Part shown: positions 36,536 through 50,009 of the stretch, piece after piece
How the letters are laid out: every line of letters starts with the position of its first letter
Position numbering within the stretch: position 1 is the first letter of the stretch
From: Eledone cirrhosa
Lineage: Eukaryota
DNA: 64,000 nucleotides
Assembly: GCA_964016885.1 (NCBI GenBank)
Contig: OZ024743.1
Coordinates: 308,326,001 to 308,390,000, forward strand
Direction of reading: 5' to 3'
Made by a program: the position numbers and the translations under genes
Notes under the pieces: model-generated
Seen by the model: only the letters and a program-made list of their open reading frames with translations
The model's database searches: none
Told to the model about the DNA's origin: nothing

Positions 36536-36759
36536 TGTAGCAAGAGTTGCCTCCCTTGTCATGACAATCTCATCACCGCTCTCTAGACAGGAAGTAGCTG
36601 GAGTTGCTTCCATTTGGGATTGACAGACTCCCTGTTGGTCACTTCCGGTCAACTCTTATAAAAGGAGCAGGTTACCACGATATCTCCCTCTTGCCTCCTG
36701 ATTTCTGAAGTGGTAACACCTGCGACCGTAGCTTGTGATGATTCCTTCTTGATCCTACA
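36536..36759 (+). mobile_element. Candidate solo LTR
   Basis: TGTAG..CTACA termini and internal TATAAAA at ~36657; no clear TSD. Confidence 0.4.
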
Positions 36760-37461
36760 TCCATACATACATACATGTATACACACATACATCCATCCAT
36801 CCATACGTGTATACATACATACAATGGTTAAAGTGTTTGACTGACGATCATAAGTTCATGGGTTCATATTTGGGACCGGGTAGTTATTGAATCAACCTGA
36901 TATCAATGTTTATTATACAGCACACCTCCTCTTTGGTATAATATGACACATAGTAATATCTAACATAGTACCTATCTAATCTGTTATAATATGATTTACC
37001 TTTCCTCTGTGAAGGCACATGCCTTAGGGGTTACGGTACTGGACTAACCATTATAAAGTCATGGGCTCGTTTCTTCGATCCTGCAGCATGTTGCATCCTT
37101 CAGTAAAATACTTTAGTTCGTGTAGCATCTTCTACCAGGACTTGCAGCAGACAGATAATATCAGTAATGGAAAAAACTTTGTTTCATTAGTATGACCTGG
37201 AAATCAGTTCCACTCTATTTATCTTCTTTATTAAAGGCAATCAAATTATTTTTTATTTTATTCTTTTTCTTATTTTTCCATGTTTGTTAAATAAATTCCA
37301 AAAAATCGAACCAAATTGAAATTTTGTAATAAAATTTCCATAAAAGTTAATGTTTACAATACAATAAAATGTATTGAAGTCGACGAAATGTGGACCTTCA
37401 TTTTTGAAAGATGGATAATGCTATAAGCAAACCTTACAATATTGTACCACAATTTTCCTTT

Positions 37462-37672
37462 GTGCAAAAGTGGGCAGCCGAATTTAGGAAAGGATAGAGG
37501 ATTCTTGAAGATGACCCAATGTCTGGACGTCCTACAACTGCCACTACCGAGGAAAACATTGATCTCAGTACTGCAACACCGATGGAAGAAGTGTGTGGAA
37601 CGCAAGGGAGACTATGTTGAAAAATAAACCTCATTTGGTCACATTCCATGAGAGTATCTTTGTCAACCCTCG
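37462..37672 (+). mobile_element. Internally deleted mariner transposon relic
   Basis: VQKWAAEFRKG*..EDDPMSGRPTTATTEENID fused to LQHRWKKCVERKGDYVEK*; ends ..ccctcg+TA. Confidence 0.85.
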
Positions 37673-38143
37673 TATCTATGCGCAATATACGTAAAGATAC
37701 AGAATTGCGGGCACTACAACGCTGTCATATTTGTTGGTGAAAAAAATTTGATTATAAAACTTAAATTTACATTGATAACCATGACTTGTTTTCTAATGAA
37801 CTTAAATTTATTGTTATACTTTGGGAGGGCCATGTTGCCAATAAGGCAACCTATATTTAAGGGCCACCTATATTTTCATTTAAGTAACTCCACTTACATC
37901 GATATGCTTTATAACCATGACTTGTTTTCTAATTTGGCCCTTTTAAGGCTTCCCTATCTCTCCTCTTCCCTCTCTCTCTAAAAAAACGCGTGAAAACTCC
38001 ATTTACGCGTGGTAGTAATACGGAAATAAACGATGTTGACGAGTGACGTCACCTTCGCCTGTTTTCCACCTGACTGACAGTTGTAGTGCCAAATAAGTTA
38101 TCGATATTTTATTTATCAAAAATCCATTGTTCGACTCGAACAC

Positions 38144-38290
38144 CTTATTGGCATTATCTATATGTGGTGCTACGATCATGCCCAAACTGAGATGATGAGA
38201 GAAACAGGACTTAGCAAGCCGACAATTATAGACTGGTGCAATTTCCTTAGAGAAATTTGTGAGCAGAGAGTTGGTGCCAACAAGTTTGGC
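38144..38290 (+). mobile_element. Merlin (ISXO2/IS1595-like) transposase fragment
   Basis: LIGIIYMWC..RETGLSKPTIIDWCNFLREIC, a motif typical of Merlin transposases. Confidence 0.7.
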
Positions 38291-38667
38291 GAGATGATCA
38301 ACTGTATTTCAGCTATTTATAGGGTGTAATAAGGATTGTCATAAGGTACGTCAATTTATATTTTATATGCAACAAACGTATGTAGTTATTTAACTATGTA
38401 GTTATTTAAAAAAAAAAAAAATGTATTTCTTTCAACACACAATGTCATTATTTAAAAAAAAATTTTCCGTACACACAATACACAAAAAAAAGAAGAAAAA
38501 AAAAATATCACGTACACGCAATACTAATTAACACCATCAACAAAATTCACTTTCACTATTGAGACCTGTTGTAAAAAAACAAACAAATTCACAATCCAAA
38601 TTGAAAATAATGACGTACGTAACTGTCAAAAATTAGTTTCACTTTTGCGACCGGCCGTTTTGACGTA

Positions 38668-38716
<49 letters not shown>

Positions 38717-38846
38717 ATACTTTGGGAGGGTCATGTTGCCAATAAGAAACACACGCACCAGTTACTTTCACTTCAATTTATTATAATAAATTTATAAATT
38801 TCCGGTTGGTTGGTTGGTTCCACAACCAGATGGTTGTTTATATATT

Positions 38847-38889
38847 GTCAAAGTTCTTTCGTCACACATTCTGTGACCTCTTCAGTGAC
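38847..38889 (-). ncRNA. Minimal type I hammerhead ribozyme in a pLTR-like fragment (~38747-39060)
   Basis: Minus strand gtca-CTGAAGA-g.gtcaca(gaatg)tgtgac-GAAA-gaac-TT-tgac, with AATAAA downstream. Confidence 0.8.
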
Positions 38890-39065
38890 TGGGGATTCTT
38901 TTCTTTGTTTTTTTGTGCCTCTCCTTTGTTCTGTCCTATCTTGTTTTTGTGTGTGTGTTGTGTGCTTAGTTTGCGCATGTGTTACATCCGGGTGTCTGTG
39001 TGTGTTTATATTCGTTTATTTACACGTTTTCAGATAAAGAATCTTGCTAAACAAATTCAGAAACG

Positions 39066-39127
<62 letters not shown>

Positions 39128-39301
39128 CAGAGAAAAATATATATGAGAGTAAAAGCAAGAGGACAGAGAATGGAATGAAAGATACACACTAACGTGTATC
39201 TGTCTTTATCTTTATAACTATTTATCTATCTATAAACACGCATGAGTAACTTGTTGTTACTAGCGGCGACGCTGTTCGGATGGGGCCACCCATGTAAACT
39301 C

Positions 39302-39389
39302 GCATATTTAAAGAGGTCTTGATTAAGAGTCGGGATCCGATCGCCTAATCAAACCGGGGCTGATCGATATCGAAACAGTTGTAATATGC
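39302..39389 (+). ncRNA. Degenerate type I HHR with long stem II
   Basis: gcatat-TTAAAGA-(ttgatta..taatcaa)-GAAA-cagttg-TA-atatgc followed by AATAAA. Confidence 0.45.
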
Positions 39390-39431
39390 AATAAAGTTGT
39401 TTCATAACAAGCTGCAAATCTGACTGTTTAT

Positions 39432-39474
<43 letters not shown>

Positions 39475-39483
<9 letters not shown>

Positions 39484-40089
39484 GAGAAGAAAGAAGAATA
39501 CTGCGTGGTTTGCACATGGGCTACATATGATAAAAATAGTCCTTTGTCAGTGATTTTCCAACCATCATTGGTATTTCATCGCATTAAAAATCAGATACCT
39601 CAGGTTGGTGCGAGCAATAACTAACAAAAGTTATTGGGACCAAAATTCGCGTAAGGCGAGGGGGTCAAGTAAACAACATAGAAGGATAAAAGCAAACCGA
39701 AGATAGGAAAATAAACAAGCAACATGGTTTTCCCGGTCAGCATAAGCTGGGTGGATTTCATGAGCGAGAGAGGTACAGACCGTGTTGATGTGTGTGAGAT
39801 GTGAGCAAGAAGAGACCCACACAAGCCAAACGGGAGGAAGTGAGAAGGGCAGAAACAGAGAGTGAGTGAGTGGAAGTGTGAGGAAGAGGTCAGTCGAGAG
39901 AAAGTGTAACTGGCAGAGGGGGCGAAAGAAGGTGAGAGAAACAGAGAGAGCGGGGAAGCAGTAAGAGAGAAACAGACAAACACAGCCGAGGTAAATATAT
40001 ATAAAAAACATGAGAAGAAAGAAGAATACTGCGTGGTTTGCACATGGGTTACATATGATAAAAATAGTCCTTCGTCAGTGATTTTCCAA

Positions 40090-40096
<7 letters not shown>
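39475..40096 (-). mobile_element. PLE-like non-coding relic with direct terminal repeat and a degenerate HHR (39558-39608)
   Basis: 39475-39568 is repeated at ~40003-40096; minus strand ccaac-CTGAGGT-atc..gat-GAAA..gttgg. Confidence 0.5.
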
Positions 40097-40134
<38 letters not shown>

Positions 40135-40269
40135 CTTTCCTACTGAGAACTAAAGCTAGGGAAAAGACCATACTATAAACCAAAGAAACAATAGAAAGAG
40201 TCCTTAAAATATGTCCAAGCTACACATGCTATCAAGTAACATTACTCGAAATACCTTTCAGAGGAACCC

Positions 40270-40460
40270 CATTTCGACCGCTTGTACTCGCGATCGTATT
40301 CTTTTGGTTATTGCCCAAGATTCATGACCATAAGTAAACGTTGGCATGAATAGCGAGTTTGGCTTTTACACCTACCTCCCATCTTCTGATTAACGAATGA
40401 AGCTAGCGCATTACTGTTAACCAAGCTTAACAACCTAGATCTATACGTTAATTTCTACCT
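40270..40460 (-). mobile_element. Decayed RTE fragment
   Basis: Minus strand reads FMPTFTYGHESWAITKRIRSRVQAVE. Confidence 0.6.
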
Positions 40461-40470
40461 ATGTTTCTAT

Positions 40471-40658
40471 CAGAGCTGCCAACCTCTAAAACCCAAACGT
40501 GAAGTACCATGAAAACAAGTTCCACTTAAACGATTTGAAATGAGGCAAAATGGGGAGATTTTACATAAAGAAAGCTATACCCATTTTCCCAAGAGAAGTC
40601 ATCTCTCACCCACCCCAAAGTGGATGGGAGATCTCCCTGGGAAGAGTTGGCGGGTCTG
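40471..40658. mobile_element. hAT-type MITE
   Basis: Imperfect TIRs cagagctgccaac / gttggcgggtctg; perfect 8-bp TSD gtttctat at 40463-40470 and 40659-40666. Confidence 0.85.
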
Positions 40659-40717
40659 GTTTCTATACAGGGGATAATGTTACATGCAAATGCAAACAAT
40701 AAGTTAATCGGAAACGG

Positions 40718-40752
<35 letters not shown>

Positions 40753-40753
<1 letters not shown>

Positions 40754-41120
40754 CGTCATCACCATTTTACGTCCGCTTTTCCCTGCTTGCAAGGGTGGGA
40801 CGGGAACTGAATCTGGCATGATTTCTACAGCTGGATTCCCTTCCTAACACCAACCTCATTTACAGTGAGTGCTGGGTGCTTTTTTTTCCGTGGCGCCTAC
40901 ACGTCCACTTTATAGTGTGGGCTGGGTGCTTTTTTGCTGCACCTCCACAACCAATTTGCAGTGGAATAATAGAGACCCCAGTCCTATCATCTCATTTCTA
41001 CAGCTGAGTAAACTGGAGCAATGTGAAATAAAGTGTCTTGCTCAAGGAAACAACACATCACCCGGTCTAAGAATTAAACTCACAACCTTTCGATTGCTCT
41101 AACCACTAAGCCATGTGCCT
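40753..41120 (-). mobile_element. CORE-type SINE
   Basis: Same family as 15698-16024. Confidence 0.9.
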
Positions 41121-41144
41121 GTATATATATAAATTTATTAAAAT

Positions 41145-41206
41145 ACAGATTAAATTTTAAGCAAAGAATCGCTGCTTTCACCCTTAACGGGATCTTCTGA
41201 AACTAA
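41145..41206 (-). ncRNA. CAGAAGA-core HHR family copy (5'-truncated)
   Basis: Reverse complement of ~27369-27429. Confidence 0.55.
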
Positions 41207-41326
41207 ATATATAACTATATATATATATATATTTAATGAAGGGTTAAAATGGAAGTTAGAAATAGTTAGATGTTGGATAAATTAACAGTTGTTATGTGAA
41301 ATAACAAGAATAATAGTAAGAATAAA

Positions 41327-42035
41327 TGTAATAACGAGAAATAGGAATATAAGAATAAATGATTTGGTTATATATAGTTTACTTCACGTGAATCAATTAA
41401 AAAGTACATATAAAACAGTTACCAAGAGTTGTTAATGTTGTTATTGCTGCTGATGTGAGGCTGTTGTAGTCTGTTGTTGTTGTTGTTGGAATTTGGAGTC
41501 CACGGTAGTAGTTGTGAGACCGTAGTTCGTAAGAGAGAGATATGGTTTGTATATCTCTGAATGGTCTGTAATTAGTTGTAGACCACTGTGGCTTGTACAT
41601 GGTCTGTAGAGTAGGGCTCAAATCTCTCTGTGTGTATCTGTGGGCCTCATGAGGTTTGTTGATAGCAGTAAATCCATACATAGTTTGTTGTATGTCGTGG
41701 TGCTCCGATGTCTCTGTGTTTCTGTAGACCTCAAAGGCCTGAAGGTAGCGGTGAATCTTTACATAGTTAGTTGTGTATCCTAGCGTTTCGATATCTCTGT
41801 GTCTGTAGACCCTTGGGTCTATTGATAGCAGTAAATCCTTACATAGCTTGTTATAGGTGTAATGCTCCGATGTATCTCCTTCAGTGGGATAATAGCACAG
41901 GCTTTATATAGCTTCCTGTTCCCCACCTTGAGGGGATTGTCAACACATCAACCTGTCTACACCAAAAAGGTGTTGACCTAGAATTTAACCTTTAGGTATC
42001 ACCCAAAGTTCAAGGCGCGGACAGATTTCGCTACA
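41327..42035 (-). mobile_element. Candidate solo LTR with internal ~82-bp repeats
   Basis: Minus strand starts TGTAGCG at 42035, TATATAAA near 41905, possible end TTACA at 41327; no TSD seen. Confidence 0.35.
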
Positions 42036-42047
42036 TATATATATATA

Positions 42048-42139
42048 CTATCTGGCCCGTCCGGCTGGCGCTCGGCTAGGTATACCTGCCCCCACCACTC
42101 CACTGCAAAGATACCACACACCCTCCCGTGTCACATTGT

Positions 42140-42207
<68 letters not shown>

Positions 42208-42386
42208 GTATATATTGAAGGGAGATACGGAAACTAAAACAGTGTTGTCATATAGAGAGTGAAGAGCGACAGAGAGATAAAGCAGTTAAATTATAGAGGG
42301 GGAATAGTCTTGCATACGTACATGCATACATACATACATACATACATACATACATACATACATACATACATACATACATACATACA

Positions 42387-42418
<32 letters not shown>

Positions 42419-43433
42419 AAGTATAGATATGTGTGTGTGTGTGTTTGTGTATATGTGTATGTGCATGTGTGTGTCTGTGTGTTTTGTTGTGATGTTATCC
42501 GGCAATTGGCGAAATCAGGTGTGAAAGTATGTGTATTTGTGTGTGTGTGTGTAAGTATATGTGTGCGTGTGTGTGTCTGTGTCTTACTTATGCAAGCGAC
42601 GACAGAAAAAGTGTGTGGGATACATACATTATTATATTTGTCTGGAGGGCGGTGGATTGGCAGTATCGGTAGAGGGTCGGACGCCATGCTTTCCAGCATA
42701 GTTACGTCCCTTTACGATCTGAGTTCCAATCCTGACTTTGCCTTTCATCCTTACGGGGTCGATAAAATAAAGTACCAGTAATGCACTGAGTAATTGCTGG
42801 CCTTGTGCCTAAAGTAGAAACAATTATTATATTTGTCTGTATTTTCGTTCTACAACCATTATATTATGATATTTGTATCCAAATTATTTTAGATGTATGT
42901 ATTACCTCCTTGCTCGTCCCTCTGTTTCTCTTTCCCTGTCTCTCCCCCCCCCTCTCTCTCTCTTTAGATGTGTGTGTGTAGTTTTCCCTAATCTGTCTCT
43001 TTTCCTAATCTCTCTCTAAGAGGGTTGCCTTTTGATGTATGTATTACCTGCTTGTGTGTTGACTGAATTTGAAGGAGGTTATGCTTTTGAAATAAACATA
43101 CATACGACGCTCATCTCTATGTTGATATATTGAAGGTAGATACGGAAAGTAAAAGAGTGTTGTCATATAGAGAGTGAAGAGAGACAGAGAGTAAAGCAGT
43201 TAAATTACAGAGAGGGTGAAAGATGGAGAGAGAGAGAGACGACGCCCAGCTTTATAATATTTGAGAGTGAAGAGCGACAGAGAGAGAGTAAAGCAGTTAA
43301 ATTATAGAGAGGGGGAATTATCTATTATAGAAAGAGGCAAGAGCGACGGAGAAAGTAAAGCTAAGAAACTATAGGGAGGTGTGTAGGATACATACATAAT
43401 ACATACACACGACACTCAGCTTTATAATATGAT
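42048..43433 (-). mobile_element. Non-autonomous Helitron-like element with nested SINE and microsatellites
   Basis: GC-rich hairpin end at 42048-42080; cagctttataatat termini at ~43250 and ~43420; internal duplication ~42213-42300 / 43128-43215. Confidence 0.55.
42648..42830 (+). mobile_element. Second SINE family (conserved central domain ctttgcctttcatcctt..gtcgataaaataaagtacc)
   Basis: Further copies at ~62265-62430 and ~62438-62622; tRNA-like head; (att)n tail. Confidence 0.8.
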
Positions 43434-43454
43434 ATTAATATATATATATATATA

Positions 43455-44286
<832 letters not shown>

Positions 44287-44291
<5 letters not shown>

Positions 44292-44776
44292 TAAACGGAA
44301 TAGAAAATGCTGACAAATTGTTCACAGTTGAAAAATGGTTTAATTAGGAATAAAAGAGTATTAGTGATTGTATGGGTTAGTATTCAGTTGTGGTTTTAAG
44401 TTTTTAAGTTTTTACCGGTTGCGCATTTCTAAATGCTTTTCAAAAATAATTTTGAGATAGAGTGTCCGTGCTGTTTGCTCTGATCTGATTAGTTTTGGGA
44501 ATTCTACCTGTTTTTATGTTAAAAAAGTGGCTCCAGCGTTATTTTTGTGTTGCAAAAATGCTTGTGGTCAAAACAATTTTGATTGGTCGGTAGAGGTCAT
44601 GTGAATGTAAAAAGTTGATTTTGCGCCAAGACTGTTTTTATGTTAAAAAAGTGGCTCCAGCAAAAATTCTTGGTCAAAACAATTTTGATTGGTCGGTAGA
44701 GGTCATGTGGATAAAAAATTGGTTTTGCGCCAAGATTGAGAAATGACTCTTTCACAACAAATATGTGTGTGTGTGT

Positions 44777-44840
<64 letters not shown>

Positions 44841-46294
44841 TAGTAGTAGTAGTAGTAAGGTGTTCGATGCTGCGACAATGGCCAGCAGCGATGTGTGTCA
44901 AATGGCTATTAAGATAAGTGTGTGCGTGTGTGTGTGTGTGTGTGTATATAGCAGAGTCATTCGAAGGTCAAAAGATATTTTTCAGCTTTTGTCTTATACG
45001 GAGAAGTGCGTGTGTGTGTGTGTGTGTGTGTGTGTAAGTCTCTTTGTATGTTGATGTACGCGTGTGTATGTGTTTGTGTATATATGTGTGGGGGGGGGGG
45101 GGGGAACCAGTATTTTTTTCCCCCTGGTAAAATGGTGTACATTATTCGATTTTTTCAGTAAAATCGGTTCTCTTAATAGAACATCAAAAATCTTAACAAT
45201 AAAAGGTGCGAAATGATATTCACTATATATATATACACACATACATATATTCACTACATATATATATATATATACATATATACATACATATATATGCACA
45301 TATATTTTTTTGTATTGCACCATAGAGCATGTGTGTTTACGTGTGTCATTGTGTTTATATGTGGGTAGAGATGTGTGCTGATGTAGGTATGTATGTTGAC
45401 GTGTGTATGTTGTGGGTTCGTCTTAGGGAGAAGTGTTTAGACGGGGTCCGTATTTGTTAATGAAGTAAGATTCCTTGCTGATGCGCTGGGCGTGGGTGGC
45501 ATTATCTTTAAATTTGTAGAGGGGAAAGATTCTGAAGTTGGGATGATTTTGGGCGGCACAGGTATCAATGTGTTCACTCAGTGGTATTTTCCTGTATTCC
45601 CGTATTTTAATTTGGGATCTATGGACAGTCATGCGTTGGCGGAGGCTGTTTTTAGTCTGGCCTATGTATTGTTCTCGACAACCTAAACAAGTTAATACAT
45701 ATATTAGATTTTCCGATGCACATGTGAAATTGTGTTTTACTATAAAACGTTGTCCATCTTTGAAATAGAATTCCGAACCCTCTATTAGGTTGATGCAAAT
45801 GCCACAGTTGGGTCTATCGCATTTTTTTACTGTGGGTTTCGTTGTTGTGGTTGGCAGTACTTTGGCATGTGTTAAGATGTTTTTCATTGACTTGGATTGT
45901 CTTTTGCTCTTTATGATATCGTGTGTTCGTAGAATTTGGTTCATTCTATGGTCCTTTTTCAATACAGGGATGTTCTGGAGGATGGTGTCAAAGGCCTCAT
46001 TGTTGAGGGGGTTGTGTGTGGAGATGTATGGAAGAGCTTTTAGTTTTGGTTGATTTACTTTAGGGTGTCTAAGGTCCTGGGTACTGAGTTTTAGGGCACG
46101 TTGGATTCCATTGTCAATTAGTGATGCAGGGTAGTCCTTGCCTATGAGTAAAACCACAACTGAATACTAACCCATACAATCACTAATACTCTTTTATTCC
46201 TAATTAAACCATTTTTCAACTGTGAACAATTTGTCAGCATTTTCTATTCCGTTTACCAATATATAATAACTTGTGTGTTACACCTCTATTCTTT

Positions 46295-46298
<4 letters not shown>
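44287..46298 (-). mobile_element. 5'-truncated Neptune-type PLE with inverted pLTR
   Basis: 46149-46262 is the reverse complement of ~44285-44398; contains a GIY-YIG ORF; degenerate HHR at 44410-44446 (-); flanked by (TA)n. Confidence 0.9.
45423..46157 (-). CDS. PLE C-terminal linker plus GIY-YIG endonuclease (truncated ORF)
   Basis: CDRPNCGIC knuckle, NLIYVLTCLGCREQYIGQT..LRQRMTVH, C-terminal E..FI..LN. Confidence 0.9.
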   Translation of the reverse strand: MVLLIGKDYPASLIDNGIQRALKLSTQDLRHPKVNQPKLKALPYISTHNPLNNEAFDTILQNIPVLKKDHRMNQILRTHDIIKSKRQSKSMKNILTHAKVLPTTTTKPTVKKCDRPNCGICINLIEGSEFYFKDGQRFIVKHNFTCASENLIYVLTCLGCREQYIGQTKNSLRQRMTVHRSQIKIREYRKIPLSEHIDTCAAQNHPNFRIFPLYKFKDNATHAQRISKESYFINKYGPRLNTSP

Positions 46299-46379
<81 letters not shown>

Positions 46380-47172
46380 TGTATTTTATTTAATCAAATA
46401 TAAATACAAATATTCTAAATAAATACGGATAAGCAAGGGAAAGGCAAGGGCGGCACAAGACAATACATATGACATCTGCTTATAGTCAGGAATTACAAAA
46501 AGGAACAAAGTTTAACCATATTCAAATTATAATAGATACTACATCAAATGTTGGATAAGCATTTTCAGTTTCTATTTTAGAAGCCATGAAATAAGTTATT
46601 GGCATTTTATTTATCAAAAGTCCATTGTTCAATCATTTCTTAATTATATATTTTAGTCTCGTGAGTTTTCATTATTTGATGAAGTTAATCTTAAAGTAAA
46701 TAACAAGAAACGAAAAATATATTTAAAAAAATAAAAAACCCTGAATCTTATTTAAAATGTCAAGAAACATAATAGATGAATTAATGTGATTTAGTTGAAT
46801 ATTTTGCAATGAATTAAAACAAAAATATTTTACCTTTAATGTTGACTTTAGATGAAAAAGTTTAGCATGTTGAAGTTGTTGGGTTGAATATTTGTCGTCT
46901 GCTTAATATAGGCGGGAAGTGATCGGAGTTTTGCGGTAAGATCCGGATAGAGAAAGGAAGAGTAAGACAGAGGGGGAGAAAAAAAGATAATAAAGAGGTA
47001 GAGAAAGGAGTAAGAGGTAGAGAAAGGAAGAAAAGGGTAATGAGAAATACAAAGGAGACAGAGAGAGAACGATAAGACGCGAGATTTAGAGAGTGACACA
47101 ATATAGAGAAGGTAAATAAAATATATAGAAAAAGGTAGAGAGTGGGAATGAGAGAATAATATAAACATACAT

Positions 47173-47254
<82 letters not shown>

Positions 47255-47255
47255 C

Positions 47256-48012
47256 TCTATACTTAAAGTTGTAGTTCCTGTCTGTTTGTTTGTTCACGAA
47301 CTCATCCTATGGTTTTGGAGATAGACCCCCATAACCATGTATATTCTGAAACTACATTGCCCAGGGTACTTGGATAAGTATATTTCATTTTAATCAAAGG
47401 GTTCCTCGGGCGCACAAACCCCCCTGAACATTTTTTCCCTTCGATTTATATGAAATTGAAACCATAGGTAAATGACTAGATATGATGCCTATTCACAAAA
47501 TTTCAGCAAATTTCAATAAAATTAAAATACCCTAATGAGGGTTAAACCCCCGACAGTAAAAATGTTGGCCAATAAATGGAACAAGATTTCACGAACTCCT
47601 CCTATGGTTTTGGAGATAGACCCCCATGACCATATATATTCCGAAAGTACATTGCCCAGAGTACTTGGATAAGTATATTTCATTTTATTCAAGGGGTTCC
47701 GCTGAAAATGTTTTCCCTACGATTTATATGAAATTTAAACCATAGGTAAATGACAAGATATGATGCCTATTCACACAAGTTTTGAATTGATCATTTGAAA
47801 AAAATTATTTACAAGAAACAAAATAAGAATAAGATTTAATAATGTAATTTTGATTTGATATATTACAAAAAATGTTTTCCAATTTTTCATGCATTACATT
47901 TTACATTGAGTTTTTCTCCATAAATTATATCACTGATTTAAAATCAATCATCATTTTCTTATAACAACAAAAAAAATGTGTGAAACGCAGCAAGGCGCGG
48001 GTAATTCGGCTA

Positions 48013-48013
<1 letters not shown>
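47256..48013 (+). mobile_element. Non-autonomous Helitron
   Basis: 5' TCTATAC; 3' gcagcaaggcgcggg..CTAG; same family as 31297-32286. Confidence 0.85.
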
Positions 48014-48089
<76 letters not shown>

Positions 48090-48090
<1 letters not shown>

Positions 48091-49132
48091 TACCAGAATG
48101 GCCCGGCGTTGCTCGGGCTTCTAAACATAGATTGCCATGTTTATCCCTCCTTTCTGAAACAGTACAGAGAAATGTACGGAATAACTCGACCTGGGGATGG
48201 TGTCTACATTTTGTGTCTTTAGGCAAATCATTTTCCATTAAGATTTTTCAAAAGCATGTAATTGCGTTCTCTCCCTTTTTTGTTGTTTTTGTTGCTGTTG
48301 GTGTGATAGCAGCCGTTGGTCGTACTACTAACACAGTCTCGTCCTTCTTCAGCCAATCGTGTATATCCCCTTCTTTCTCGCCTACCTAAACAATGATTGT
48401 AGCACCTCCTTGTACACAATGTTCCTTGTTCTTCCGTGTCGGGCATATGCAAAGAGATTTGTCTTTCTTCCCACTCTTGAGCAGCCAACGTATAGTTGCC
48501 CGTGACGAATTTATTCCTAGTTGGTGATTGGTAAAGAAAATAAAAATGTTCCGCTTAACGTCAGCGTACGTGATTTTATCATAGGTTTGGGGATATTTTG
48601 GCGGGGGTTTTCTAAAAGATCCACTATTTCTATCTAGTGGGGTTAGTGGAAATGTCTCAGGATATGTTATCAAAAAATTAGTAACTGACACTTACCGATT
48701 GAAAAATAAGCCGATCGTCGGAATGGTATTCTCAACTGTAATTGGTAACCTGGGCTGGCTTTCCTCACTTATGTACCAAGATAGATAGAAATTACCGCTT
48801 AACGCCAGCGTATGTGATTTTTAACATATGTGTGGGGATATTTTTGGGCGGGAGCTTTCTAAAAAGATCCACTATTTCTATTTATGTACATAATGGGTTA
48901 TATGGCTTGGTACTAACACCAATAATAATGTGTGCAACGGGGGTAAGTGATTATGTCTCAGAAAGTATTGCAAACAAATATTAAAGCAACTGGGGTAAGT
49001 GGGATGTCTCAGGATTGTTAGCCAAAAAATTAGTAAATGACACTTACTGATTGAAAAATAAGCCGACCGTCGGAAAGGTATTCTCAAGTGTAATTGTTAA
49101 CCTGGGCTGGCTTGTCTCGCTTATATTATATA
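48090..49132 (-). mobile_element. Non-autonomous Helitron with internal ~370-bp duplication
   Basis: 3' end is the reverse complement of 44220-44247, with CTAG changed to GTAG. Confidence 0.75.
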
Positions 49133-49395
49133 TTAAAATAACAGATTAAAGTTTAAGCAAAGAATCGCTGCATTCACCCGTAACGGGATCTGCTGAAACT
49201 AAAAAAATCAATCTGTGAACCCAGAAGTAAATATTTCGAAAAACGTTGCAACCGAAGGAAAACAGGAAGACGATACTTTGGTTCGTGAAGACGTTCCCTG
49301 GTAATGAACGGAAAATAGCGAAGGTAATACGTCAGCAATGACGTGTTTGTCATAATGTCATAATGCAGACAGCCAGACACACAGACATATTATAA
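49133..49395 (-). mobile_element. pLTR of the CAGAAGA-HHR PLE family (mutated HHR at 49141-49216)
   Basis: Matches 27270-27435 and 43685-43730 in reverse. Confidence 0.8.
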
Positions 49396-49616
49396 GGGCG
49401 CGACGGAGATCGATAACCGGCACCTAACAGCCCTTTAACAACAGAAAATTGAAAAATAAAAGCTGCAGTTAATATATTTAGACCGCAAGGAATATATAAA
49501 TGCAAGTTTGAAGTCAATCCGAGTAGAAATGTGGATTTGTATAGACTTTTCAAAATTAGGACACACACACACACACAGACAATTACAGTTTTATATATAT
49601 GTGTATATATATATAT

Positions 49617-49666
<50 letters not shown>

Positions 49667-49668
<2 letters not shown>

Positions 49669-49965
49669 ACTCTGGATGTCGGTGAGCATGTCCAGCTAAC
49701 CTCAGTCTCCTCTGTGTCACTTTTGAGCTGACTTTTGGGATCCTCCCATACAGCTCTGAGTTTTTCATCCTCAGTGTATACTGATTAATGTTCAGTACTC
49801 CTTTGGGAGCCCCTACATGGACACACTAGAAGAGGAAGACCAAGGTTAACGTATGTTGATGCCCTAAGGACAGACACTGGTCTGTTGGAGACGCAGGACA
49901 TGGCAGCGATAATGAGGGACAGAGACCGCTGGAGAGAACTCGTCCACGGGAATTTTACCCGCCTT
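49667..49965. mobile_element. Short RTE-like LINE insertion with a 5' inversion
   Basis: Minus segment NSELYGRIPKVSSKVTQRRLRLAGHAHRHPEL abuts plus segment VLLWEPLHGHTRRGRPRLTYVDAL..DRDRWR. Confidence 0.8.
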
Positions 49966-49975
49966 AGATATATAT

Positions 49976-50006
<31 letters not shown>

Positions 50007-50009
50007 GTA

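Noticed and set aside
37165-37215. Minus-strand hammerhead-like ctgattt..gaaa
   Set aside because: Core and stem II are too degenerate to distinguish from chance.
46905-46945. GGCGGGAAGTG plus GTAAGA as a promoter/first exon
   Set aside because: Isolated short motifs with no other support.
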